Positions 29,417 to 36,532 of a stretch of 59,819 nucleotides of DNA are shown here, in pieces. Below the pieces are notes generated by a model that saw only the letters and a list, made by a program, of their open reading frames with translations, ran no database searches and had not been told where the DNA came from. This stretch comes from a virus (lineage: Duplodnaviria; Caudoviricetes). The translations under genes were made by a program, and so were the position numbers. The stretch's first letter is position 1. Every line of letters starts with the position of its first letter. Location: IMG/VR virus record IMGVR_UViG_3300033149_006677, positions 1 to 59,819 of that record. One strand, 5' to 3'.

Positions 29417-30351
29417 GCAAGCTAGGACTATGGTTTAAGGACATGCCAGATATAACCGATGATATAACCAGGCTTGTTGCTCACAGCAACATCCCTTGGC
29501 TTAAGGTTGCCATACCAGACAGATGGGGTATACCGCCGTCGGCTATTTTTCGCATGCAAACTATAGTGGCGTCGTTTCCATTACGAGATGACATAGAATA
29601 CGTCAGGCAGGGGAAATGGGGCGCGATAGAGTATTTCAATGCTTATAAGAAGCGATACCAAGCGCTAGCGGCGATGGACATAAGAGATTTTACGGGGCCA
29701 AGTGGAGGAAGTGCACCTTTGGATGAGGATAACGATGCGGTAGCTAGCTTTTGGCTTGAATGGAGTCAGCTTGTCGTAGCGCTGGATTGCCATCCCTGGA
29801 TTCTCTCCACAAGCCTTGGCGGACTAGACATATTATCTGGCAAATACGATGAGGCTATTGCATTCGCCGTGAAGCACGATGGTGGTGTGGAAATACCCGC
29901 CGCCGATCTTTTCTCTCCAAAGTATTATTATCTTGTAGAGAGGGTGGGCAATAGGCCATCGATTCTAGCTAGCGAGACGGACCCAAAGAGAAAGTGGAAG
30001 CAGCTATTGGAGTATGACGATAAGCTGGCCGAAGAAGAAAGCATTGCCGCAATCATCGTAGACGCTGGTGACGACAGAATTGTTTCGCAAGTTGTCAAAA
30101 AGCATGCTTTTCCCAGCAGTATAGAGGCAATTATTGTCAACAAGATGCGTGGCAAAACTTTATCTTTGCACGAAGATAAATTACTATCATATGGGCGGAC
30201 GATTGGACTAGCTCCAATCTCCGAGGAAATTATTGTAGGGCCATATTTTGCTCAAGCATTCATGTGCCTTCAGAAGCCAAACGAGCGATTTGTTCTGTAC
30301 TATTCGCCAGACAGATCGCGCGTGGTTAAAAAGATAAAGCTAAGGTCGTGA
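29413..30351 (+). CDS. Degenerate paralog of the GH-like protein at 13678
   Basis: GA.EY......RY..L.AM and C-terminal GL.P.S.E shared; NEP absent. Confidence 0.55.
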   Translation: MSKLGLWFKDMPDITDDITRLVAHSNIPWLKVAIPDRWGIPPSAIFRMQTIVASFPLRDDIEYVRQGKWGAIEYFNAYKKRYQALAAMDIRDFTGPSGGSAPLDEDNDAVASFWLEWSQLVVALDCHPWILSTSLGGLDILSGKYDEAIAFAVKHDGGVEIPAADLFSPKYYYLVERVGNRPSILASETDPKRKWKQLLEYDDKLAEEESIAAIIVDAGDDRIVSQVVKKHAFPSSIEAIIVNKMRGKTLSLHEDKLLSYGRTIGLAPISEEIIVGPYFAQAFMCLQKPNERFVLYYSPDRSRVVKKIKLRS

Positions 30352-30728
30352 TCATGGAAACGTTGCTGTTAAATCTTGGTGCTACTGTTGGTGGGTTCTC
30401 TGGTCTGGTCGCTATGGTTTTAATGATTTGGTTTTTGAGGCTACAATCTGCTATACAGAAAAATATGGAGAACAGAAGTATGGCAGATCAAGAATTGCTG
30501 GACACACTTGTACAGGAAATTGTCTCTGCAAGACACGAGAGCAACGACATTATCAGCGCCAACACGGAAGCGCTGACAAAGGTTGCCATTCTATTGGCGC
30601 AACTCTCCGATGACCTAGAGCGTCATAACAGAGAAACCACCAGCATGCTAACAGAGTTAAGTAACTACGTAAGGAAGGGCCAAATTGACAAACACTCGCT
30701 GGACACAAGAGGAAGTACATCTTCTTAA
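30348..30728 (+). CDS. Membrane-anchored coiled-coil protein (lysis-associated?)
   Basis: N-terminal TM helix. Confidence 0.5.
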   Translation: MIMETLLLNLGATVGGFSGLVAMVLMIWFLRLQSAIQKNMENRSMADQELLDTLVQEIVSARHESNDIISANTEALTKVAILLAQLSDDLERHNRETTSMLTELSNYVRKGQIDKHSLDTRGSTSS

Positions 30729-31596
30729 CATGCTTTACCAACGTGGGCTCACCTATGAGCAGATAGCCAATGAGCTCAGGTCGAGGGGTATTAACCGCAC
30801 CGTAAAGGCGGTTATTAAAAAGGTAAAACGAGAAAGGAAAAAGGACAGATCAAGTTGGTACGTCAACATCATTCCATCTCCAACAGAGCGCTTTGACAAG
30901 CCCTTGGAAGTAGAAGAGGACAACATCGTCCTCTTCTTTGATATGCATGCTCCATTTCATGATGCCAGGTGGATAAACTTGGTCATAGAGCTCGCGCTGA
31001 AGTACGATTGCTCACTAGCTGGTATCGGCGGCGATCTTGTAGACTTTACAGCGCTGAGCAAATATGGGCGTCAGGAGCGTGTAGAGCTGGAGGATGAGTT
31101 CCGCTCGGCCGAACAGATTATCTCTGCGTTGGCAGACACATTCGATAGAGTAGTCTACTGTGGTGGAAATCATGAGATGCGCCTGCCACGGTTAACGGGC
31201 AATGCACTGAACCTACTGGACACCATGAAGTTTTTCGTTAGGCGCGAAAATGTATTGCTAACTGACTATCAATGGTTTATAATACGTAGTGCAGGGGAAA
31301 AGTACTATGTAGAACATCCGAAAAACTTTTCCTCACACGCGACACTGGTACCAAAGGCTCTATGCAGCAAATTCTTATGTCACGTCATCGCTGGTCATGG
31401 TCACCGATGGGGCATAACAAGAGATGCCTCCGACAACTTCTGGGCCATAGATGCAGGGATGTGCGCAGACATAAAAAGACTAGCCTACGTTTCCAAGGTA
31501 CACAGTCGCTTGCCCAAAATGTCTCAAGGGGCAGTTATTATCAAAGAAGGTATCCCAATTTTACTCTCACCGAACAACATAGACTTTTATCGTTAA
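30685..31596 (+). CDS. HTH + calcineurin-like metallophosphoesterase
   Basis: DMH, GGDLVD, GNHE, GHGH. Confidence 0.85.
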   Translation: MTNTRWTQEEVHLLNMLYQRGLTYEQIANELRSRGINRTVKAVIKKVKRERKKDRSSWYVNIIPSPTERFDKPLEVEEDNIVLFFDMHAPFHDARWINLVIELALKYDCSLAGIGGDLVDFTALSKYGRQERVELEDEFRSAEQIISALADTFDRVVYCGGNHEMRLPRLTGNALNLLDTMKFFVRRENVLLTDYQWFIIRSAGEKYYVEHPKNFSSHATLVPKALCSKFLCHVIAGHGHRWGITRDASDNFWAIDAGMCADIKRLAYVSKVHSRLPKMSQGAVIIKEGIPILLSPNNIDFYR

Positions 31597-31605
31597 GGAG
31601 GACCC

Positions 31606-31902
31606 ATGTTCGAGGAAATTTTGAGCAACGTCACCGTTTTGGCATTTCTAGCCGTTACGCTGTCGAAGGTAATAGAAAACACAATTGGCAAGCTGTACGA
31701 GAACATTCCCGTTCTCAAAAACTACAAGTGGACTATTATCTTTTGGAGCATTCTTGCAGGAATTCTGCTTTGTCTCAGGGCGGAGATCGGCATTTTGCCC
31801 GCGCTCCCCCCTCCGGACAATTATATACTGGCCGGTGTGATGGTCGGCTGTGGCGCTGGCCTCTTCTGGGACATCGTTCTAGACCCTGGCCCAAATTCCT
31901 AG
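31606..31902 (+). CDS. Holin-like membrane protein
   Basis: About 3 TM segments, end of late operon. Confidence 0.55.
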   Translation: MFEEILSNVTVLAFLAVTLSKVIENTIGKLYENIPVLKNYKWTIIFWSILAGILLCLRAEIGILPALPPPDNYILAGVMVGCGAGLFWDIVLDPGPNS

Positions 31903-31911
31903 GAGCTATCT

Positions 31912-31939
31912 GGGGATGGATTGCATCCATCCCCTTTTT
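31912..31939 (+). terminator. Rho-independent terminator
   Basis: GGGGATGGA-ttgca-TCCATCCCC-TTTTT. Confidence 0.85.
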
Positions 31940-31951
31940 GGCGTCTCATAT

Positions 31952-31980
31952 TTGACAAGTGAACAAGTATGGCATATACT
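31952..31980 (+). promoter_or_regulatory. Sigma70 promoter
   Basis: TTGACA-N17-TATACT. Confidence 0.8.
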
Positions 31981-32018
31981 ATACGAGTAGCACACATACT
32001 ATAATGTAAGGAGAACAA

Positions 32019-32216
32019 ATGGGAAAGCTAGTTACTGTAAGAAAGCTCACTGAGCGATATAATGTCGCGCCATCTACGATTCGTAAATACATTTACGAAG
32101 GGAAGTTTAAGTCAGCAACCAATTTTGACAGACGCTGGTATATAGACGAAGACGAGGCAGAAATCGTCCTTGCAGCTTTCGACACGCAGAAGGAGAGAGA
32201 TGGTCGAGATAAGTGA
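32019..32216 (+). CDS. Excisionase-like HTH protein
   Basis: HTH_17-like pattern (TIRKYI..G..W.I). Confidence 0.7.
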   Translation: MGKLVTVRKLTERYNVAPSTIRKYIYEGKFKSATNFDRRWYIDEDEAEIVLAAFDTQKERDGRDK

Positions 32217-32550
32217 AGAAATCCGCAAGCTTGGCGAGTTAAAAGGGTATCTATCTATTAAGGATATTGTCCGAGGGACACATTTGAGCGAGTCATCGAT
32301 TCGCAGCCTCATCTATTCTGGTGAGCTACCAGCCCGAAAGGACGCTGGTATCTGGAAGGTATCTGTCGAAGACCTTGAAAATATGCAACCGAAGGATCAC
32401 AGGAAGCGCAAGCTTTCTGATGAGGACGTTCGTTTTATCAGGGAAAATAGGGGCAAGATTTTACAAGAGGACCTTGCCAAGATGTTTGGCGTATCCACGT
32501 CACACATTAGCTATATTCAGCTGAGGAAACGACGCCCAAATGTCAGATAA
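32200..32550 (+). CDS. Double HTH DNA-binding protein
   Basis: GELPA.K..W.V then KLS..DV..IR...LAKMFGVS. Confidence 0.7.
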   Translation: MVEISEEIRKLGELKGYLSIKDIVRGTHLSESSIRSLIYSGELPARKDAGIWKVSVEDLENMQPKDHRKRKLSDEDVRFIRENRGKILQEDLAKMFGVSTSHISYIQLRKRRPNVR

Positions 32551-33184
32551 CGTTCCTATTTTGGCACAGGTTATTCCCCATGCCAAGCCAACACTTGTCT
32601 CTTTGGATTTCGATCCTAATATCACCGAGGAGCAATTTGGTTCCGTTTTGCACTGCCTTGTAGACATGCAGGTATTTTCAGGAAGGTATCTTCCTATCTA
32701 TCTTGGTGATGCTCTGAACTATGGAGAGATGCGCTGGAAAGAGACTTACGCGCAATATGTAGACATAACGGGGCTCCGCGTCGAGTTACTCAGAGATTAT
32801 AAGTGGGTTATGGGGCGCGTACCCAAGGCGATTAGGAGAGAAAACCTGTACTACGGACATTACAAGGCAGTTGCGCCACTCAGCACTATTGAGGAACGAG
32901 CGGCTTGGCTGGATTGGGCGGACAAAAATAACGTCTCGACAACGGAGTTAAGAGAGGCGATTAAGTTAACGCGCTCACAGAATGAACCAGAAGAAGAGGT
33001 GCTACCACCAGAGGATGATAAAATCCTGTTAAGTAACGAGCCCGAAGATGTTTCACCAGAAGATGTTGACATCAGGGATATTGTTATAGCACTGGTAGCT
33101 ACTGCCAGGAAAGAGGCTTGGGATCAAGTCTGGGAGCTGATAAAGATCCTCGCTCAAAAATACAACATCGCCTACCCCGAATAA
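32540..33184 (+). CDS. LmbU-like DNA-binding protein
   Basis: GD.L.YGE..., WV...VP...RR..L...H...VA.L...WL..A. Confidence 0.55.
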   Translation: MSDNVPILAQVIPHAKPTLVSLDFDPNITEEQFGSVLHCLVDMQVFSGRYLPIYLGDALNYGEMRWKETYAQYVDITGLRVELLRDYKWVMGRVPKAIRRENLYYGHYKAVAPLSTIEERAAWLDWADKNNVSTTELREAIKLTRSQNEPEEEVLPPEDDKILLSNEPEDVSPEDVDIRDIVIALVATARKEAWDQVWELIKILAQKYNIAYPE

Positions 33185-33204
33185 CGCTCTCAGGCTCGAT
33201 ACAT

Positions 33205-33242
33205 AAAAAGAGAGAGCTCCCGTTTTGGGAGCTCTCTCTTTG
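33205..33242. terminator. Bidirectional intrinsic terminator (ends Y-RNA transcripts on minus strand)
   Basis: AAAAAGAGAGAGCTCCC-gtttt-GGGAGCTCTCTCTTT. Confidence 0.85.
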
Positions 33243-33335
33243 TGAAAGGGGCGGGAACGGAATCACACAGCGAACAAGAAAGGAGCGATGAGAGTGAGAG
33301 AAGGAGGGTGCTGTGTCGTATTATTCTGTTTTATC

Positions 33336-33405
33336 GCGGGCAAATATCGGTATGGGAATTCGGCAATCGTCAACATTATTGATAACCCATACCACTCGGC
33401 CCTGC
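33336..33405 (-). ncRNA. Y RNA-like ncRNA 1 (Ro60-binding core; transcript probably runs to ~33205)
   Basis: GGGC(C)GA/UUGCCC bulged-C helix, GGUAUGGG/CCCAUACC stem, UUAUC; promoter gives +1 at 33405; adjacent to Ro60. Confidence 0.85.
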
Positions 33406-33411
33406 ATAACT

Positions 33412-33440
33412 ACTATAGCACAAAAAACCTAGCTTGTCAA
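33412..33440 (-). promoter_or_regulatory. Sigma70 promoter of Y RNA 1
   Basis: TTGACA-N17-TATAGT with TG. Confidence 0.85.
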
Positions 33441-33445
33441 GGTTC

Positions 33446-33553
33446 GCGGGCAAGGTGCGATACGGGGATTAAGCGGCACATGGCCACTGGGGTTTCAAAC
33501 CGATAACCCGTATCTTTCGGCCCTGCATTAGCAGGAACCCCCACGGTTCCTGC
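33446..33553 (-). ncRNA. Y RNA-like ncRNA 2 (core 33446-33526) with 5' hairpin 33531-33553
   Basis: GGGCCGAAAG (GNCGAANG motif), GAUACGGG/CCCGUAUC stem with compensatory changes vs copy 1, UUAUC. Confidence 0.85.
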
Positions 33554-33560
33554 GTAAACT

Positions 33561-33589
33561 AGTATAGCACAAAACGTTTGTCTTGTCAA
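33561..33589 (-). promoter_or_regulatory. Sigma70 promoter of Y RNA 2
   Basis: TTGACA-N17-TATACT with TG. Confidence 0.85.
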
Positions 33590-33602
33590 GCCCCACAGAG
33601 AA

Positions 33603-33627
33603 GGAAAGCGCCCTTTGGGCGCTTTCC
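33603..33627 (-). terminator. Hairpin downstream of Ro60
   Basis: GGAAAGCGCCC-ttt-GGGCGCTTTCC. Confidence 0.65.
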
Positions 33628-33676
33628 CGATGGCCCTCGGCCATCCACCTCCACTACAGGATTGCCTATATTATAG

Positions 33677-35341
33677 CTAATCTCTCTTGGAGAACAAATC
33701 TCCACGGACAAATCTTTCCAATACTTTCAGTGCGCCCGTGTCAAGACCAACGATGCCTAGCGAACCAGGGTCCTCTGGGTCGAGAATTGTTATATCCGTA
33801 GCCGTCATCGCAAGGACAAAAATCTTTGCGTCTGGATTCACATATTTCCGATACTGTTTAAGCGCCTCTACTGGATGCGTATCACCATACCACGTTTCGG
33901 AGTCGGTGATAACACCGAATACATCAACTTTGATATTATTATGTAGGGCATACAGCATCGGCGCGGCACAATCTGTAGCACCAAAATATAGGCGATTCGA
34001 TCGCTCAATCACATCTCTTGGCCCATCACCTGGCAGTACGATCAATGGTTGCACGTGATGAGAAAACGCAGTAGTTCTCACCTTGTCCCCAAGCTTATTT
34101 ACGAACATGGATGCTATAGCGGCGCCCGCTTCCCTACAGGTAATGTTCCTCATGGGGCTTTCCCAATCCATAGACCCAGAGACATCAAGCGCCAATAACA
34201 CCGAGGTATCTCCCAGATCAACATTATCCATAGACAGGAAAAATGCTTGCTCAAGCGCGGCCTCAATATCGTGGTCAATTTGAAGCCTATCTCTTACTGC
34301 ATCTGGGTCTTGCATATACATCAGCTGTAGGTATTTATCCTCTTTCGGCTTAACATATGCTAGCAATGCCTGCAATACAGACATAGGATGGATTCTCGCA
34401 ACGCGCAGATATTTTGGACTGGTAACCCTGCTGATGAGCAGCTCCTTATACTTCTTATCTTTCCAAATGCCGCGGGAGCCCAGTTGCCGTATATTTCTGA
34501 GCAATGCGTCGAGTGGCATATCGGGCAGCAGCTCTTTCCAAACGTCATCGTCATTCAGCCATTTGCCTGGCACAAACTCCCAAGCAGCGCGGTTTTCTCT
34601 GATGAGCGATATAACCTCTTCCTTGGTCTGTGCTCTCTTTAGCCTTTCGACAAGACCGATCGATGGTAACGAAAACAAATCGCAGAATTCTACAGACTCG
34701 CGCTCTACTTTTCCTAATGCCCAACGGTATGCCAGGTTATGTCTCTTGTCTTGGCATCTCACATGTGCCAGGCGCAAGACATCCCTATGCGTCCAGCGTA
34801 CCCCCTCGATAGTTCTGCCTTGGTACTTGGCCATTTGGAAACCAATAGCGTCAAGATCTTTGCCATTATACCAGCTTTCGATCAGTCGTCTGATTCTACG
34901 ACCCCAGCCACGCAGTGCGTTAATATAGTGTACGAACATGAACAGATGTGTACCCGTGCGCACTACTTTGCGGAATGCGCAACCCGCATACCTATAATCG
35001 TCCTTAAAGGCGATTAGGTCAGGTAGAAAAGCAACAGCCAGGGCAAAAAGCGCTGGATTGTTCTTGGGCGCTCGCCCCTTGGTAGAGACATCGACGATCA
35101 TATCGATCGCCTTTTTGTAGTTTTCGTTTAGACACTCTTTGATGCGTTCGTAGTTGCTCTTAACGAGGTCGCGCTCTTTTACATAGTACGTACCGCCCTC
35201 AGCACCGAGAATCAGAAAGCGCTCAAATGCTTCCCACTTATCGGTTCTATAAGCATAGCCACCCGCATTATTTGGTTGCATTCCTGGTGGCGGCTCGCTT
35301 TGTAGCATACCCAACTGCATGAAATGTTTTGCGTATGGCAT
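33677..35341 (-). CDS. rsr: Ro60/Rsr TROVE + vWA RNA-binding protein
   Basis: NNAGGY, RFLILG.EGGTYY, GRAPK, RTGTHLF.F, GWGR, KYQ.R, WTHRD.LRLAH, DVSGSM, TDC, TDSETW; AGGAGG RBS. Confidence 0.95.
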   Translation of the reverse strand: MPYAKHFMQLGMLQSEPPPGMQPNNAGGYAYRTDKWEAFERFLILGAEGGTYYVKERDLVKSNYERIKECLNENYKKAIDMIVDVSTKGRAPKNNPALFALAVAFLPDLIAFKDDYRYAGCAFRKVVRTGTHLFMFVHYINALRGWGRRIRRLIESWYNGKDLDAIGFQMAKYQGRTIEGVRWTHRDVLRLAHVRCQDKRHNLAYRWALGKVERESVEFCDLFSLPSIGLVERLKRAQTKEEVISLIRENRAAWEFVPGKWLNDDDVWKELLPDMPLDALLRNIRQLGSRGIWKDKKYKELLISRVTSPKYLRVARIHPMSVLQALLAYVKPKEDKYLQLMYMQDPDAVRDRLQIDHDIEAALEQAFFLSMDNVDLGDTSVLLALDVSGSMDWESPMRNITCREAGAAIASMFVNKLGDKVRTTAFSHHVQPLIVLPGDGPRDVIERSNRLYFGATDCAAPMLYALHNNIKVDVFGVITDSETWYGDTHPVEALKQYRKYVNPDAKIFVLAMTATDITILDPEDPGSLGIVGLDTGALKVLERFVRGDLFSKRD

Positions 35342-35366
35342 AGTTACCCTCCTATTGTCTGAAGAT

Positions 35367-35434
35367 ACTATAACATAAAGGCGCGAGTTTGTCAAATATC
35401 GAGACTTGACTAGCTTTTCGTTTTGTGCTATACT
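35367..35434. promoter_or_regulatory. Back-to-back sigma70 promoters (Ro60 leftward; structured RNA/replication genes rightward)
   Basis: TTGACA-N17-TATAGT on minus; TTGACT-N17-TATACT on plus (35406-35434). Confidence 0.8.
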
Positions 35435-35440
35435 ATTATC

Positions 35441-35592
35441 GTCGGTGGGCGAGCTAGTTAGTGACACCCCAATATCCCCAAACAACTATTAACAAGCTCA
35501 AGTCACATTGCAGAAGACTCCGAAAACCGCACAAAATACCCAACGCGCAGATAAATGCCCACCGGCAGTGGGGCGGGAATTCCCGCCCCACT
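35441..35592 (+). ncRNA. Candidate structured sRNA or 5' leader
   Basis: Starts at predicted +1; 10-bp closing stem around ~105-nt A/C-rich loop; 26-bp palindromic hairpin. Confidence 0.5.
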
Positions 35593-35617
35593 AAATACTA
35601 TAATAGAGGCTTGCCTG

Positions 35618-36523
35618 ATGTATCCTGAAATGATACGATTAGCGCAAGAGCGCTGGAACATAACGTTAAAACACAAGACACAGCACGAATGGGCAGGGCC
35701 ATGCCCATGGTGCGGTGGAGAGGATCGATTCCTGGTTTGGGAAGAGGGTAATTATTGGTGTAGACAATGCAAGAGGGACGGATGGGTGACAAAGAACAAT
35801 CACCAAGAATTATCTTTGGCCGAAGAGAATCGCCTCAGGATCGTTAGGCTAGAACAAGAGATAAAGCAAAATCAGAAAGCCGTGGACAAACGGCTTTCTG
35901 CGTTAGAGAGGATGGTTAGAACCAAGGAACACATCCTATTTCACGAGCTATTGAGGAAAAACGATGAGGCAAGAGAATGGTGGTGGCAGCAAGGAATCTT
36001 TGATGAGGCAATAGAGAGATGGTTATTAGGATATTGCCCAAAGTGTCCAACAGATCGAGAGCAAAGACCTAGCTACACCATCCCTGTTTTCCAAAACGGA
36101 AAACTAGTAAATATAATCCATCGCCTACATGGTACAAACAAAGACAAGTACAGGCCACACATCGCTGGTCTTGGCTCAAGACTATTTAACGCCGATTTGC
36201 TTAAGCGCGATATTTCTGATATATATATTGTCGAGGGGGCAAAAAAGGTAATTGTCCTCGCTCAAAACTACATAGATGCCGTAGGTATCTGTGGGAAAAC
36301 TAACTTCAAGCCCTGGTGGGCAAAGTCATTTAAAAAGTTTCGCAAAGTATATGTGTGTCTTGACCCAGATGCAGTTGAAGATGCCATTCGAATCGCCAGG
36401 ATGATAGGGGAAAATGCCAGAGTAGTAAGGCTCCCCTACAAGCCTGACGATTTTTTTGTTCATATGAATGGTACCTTACAGGATTTTCAGGCTTACGTAT
36501 CGCTTGCCAAAAGAGTATGTTAA
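35618..36523 (+). CDS. DNA primase (Zn finger + TOPRIM)
   Basis: GPCPWCGGEDRF..CRQC, IVEG, CLDPD. Confidence 0.85.
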   Translation: MYPEMIRLAQERWNITLKHKTQHEWAGPCPWCGGEDRFLVWEEGNYWCRQCKRDGWVTKNNHQELSLAEENRLRIVRLEQEIKQNQKAVDKRLSALERMVRTKEHILFHELLRKNDEAREWWWQQGIFDEAIERWLLGYCPKCPTDREQRPSYTIPVFQNGKLVNIIHRLHGTNKDKYRPHIAGLGSRLFNADLLKRDISDIYIVEGAKKVIVLAQNYIDAVGICGKTNFKPWWAKSFKKFRKVYVCLDPDAVEDAIRIARMIGENARVVRLPYKPDDFFVHMNGTLQDFQAYVSLAKRVC

Positions 36524-36532
36524 GGAGTGCAC

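Noticed and set aside
32019-32550. Integration/excision module
   Set aside because: Excisionase-like HTHs only; no tyrosine or serine recombinase recognised in the window
33288-33506. 72-aa + strand ORF with AAGGAG before ATG
   Set aside because: It lies just after a terminator with no promoter, SD spacing is only 2 nt, and it is antisense to both Y RNAs; the apparent RBS is better read as the complement of an anti-RBS RNA
33336-33526. YrlA/tRNA-like RNA or CRISPR repeat pair
   Set aside because: No T-arm or cloverleaf; similarity reflects a conserved stem with covariation, and each copy has its own promoter
35342-35485. N-terminal extension of the Ro60 ORF
   Set aside because: Overlaps the divergent promoters; RBS supports ATG at 35341
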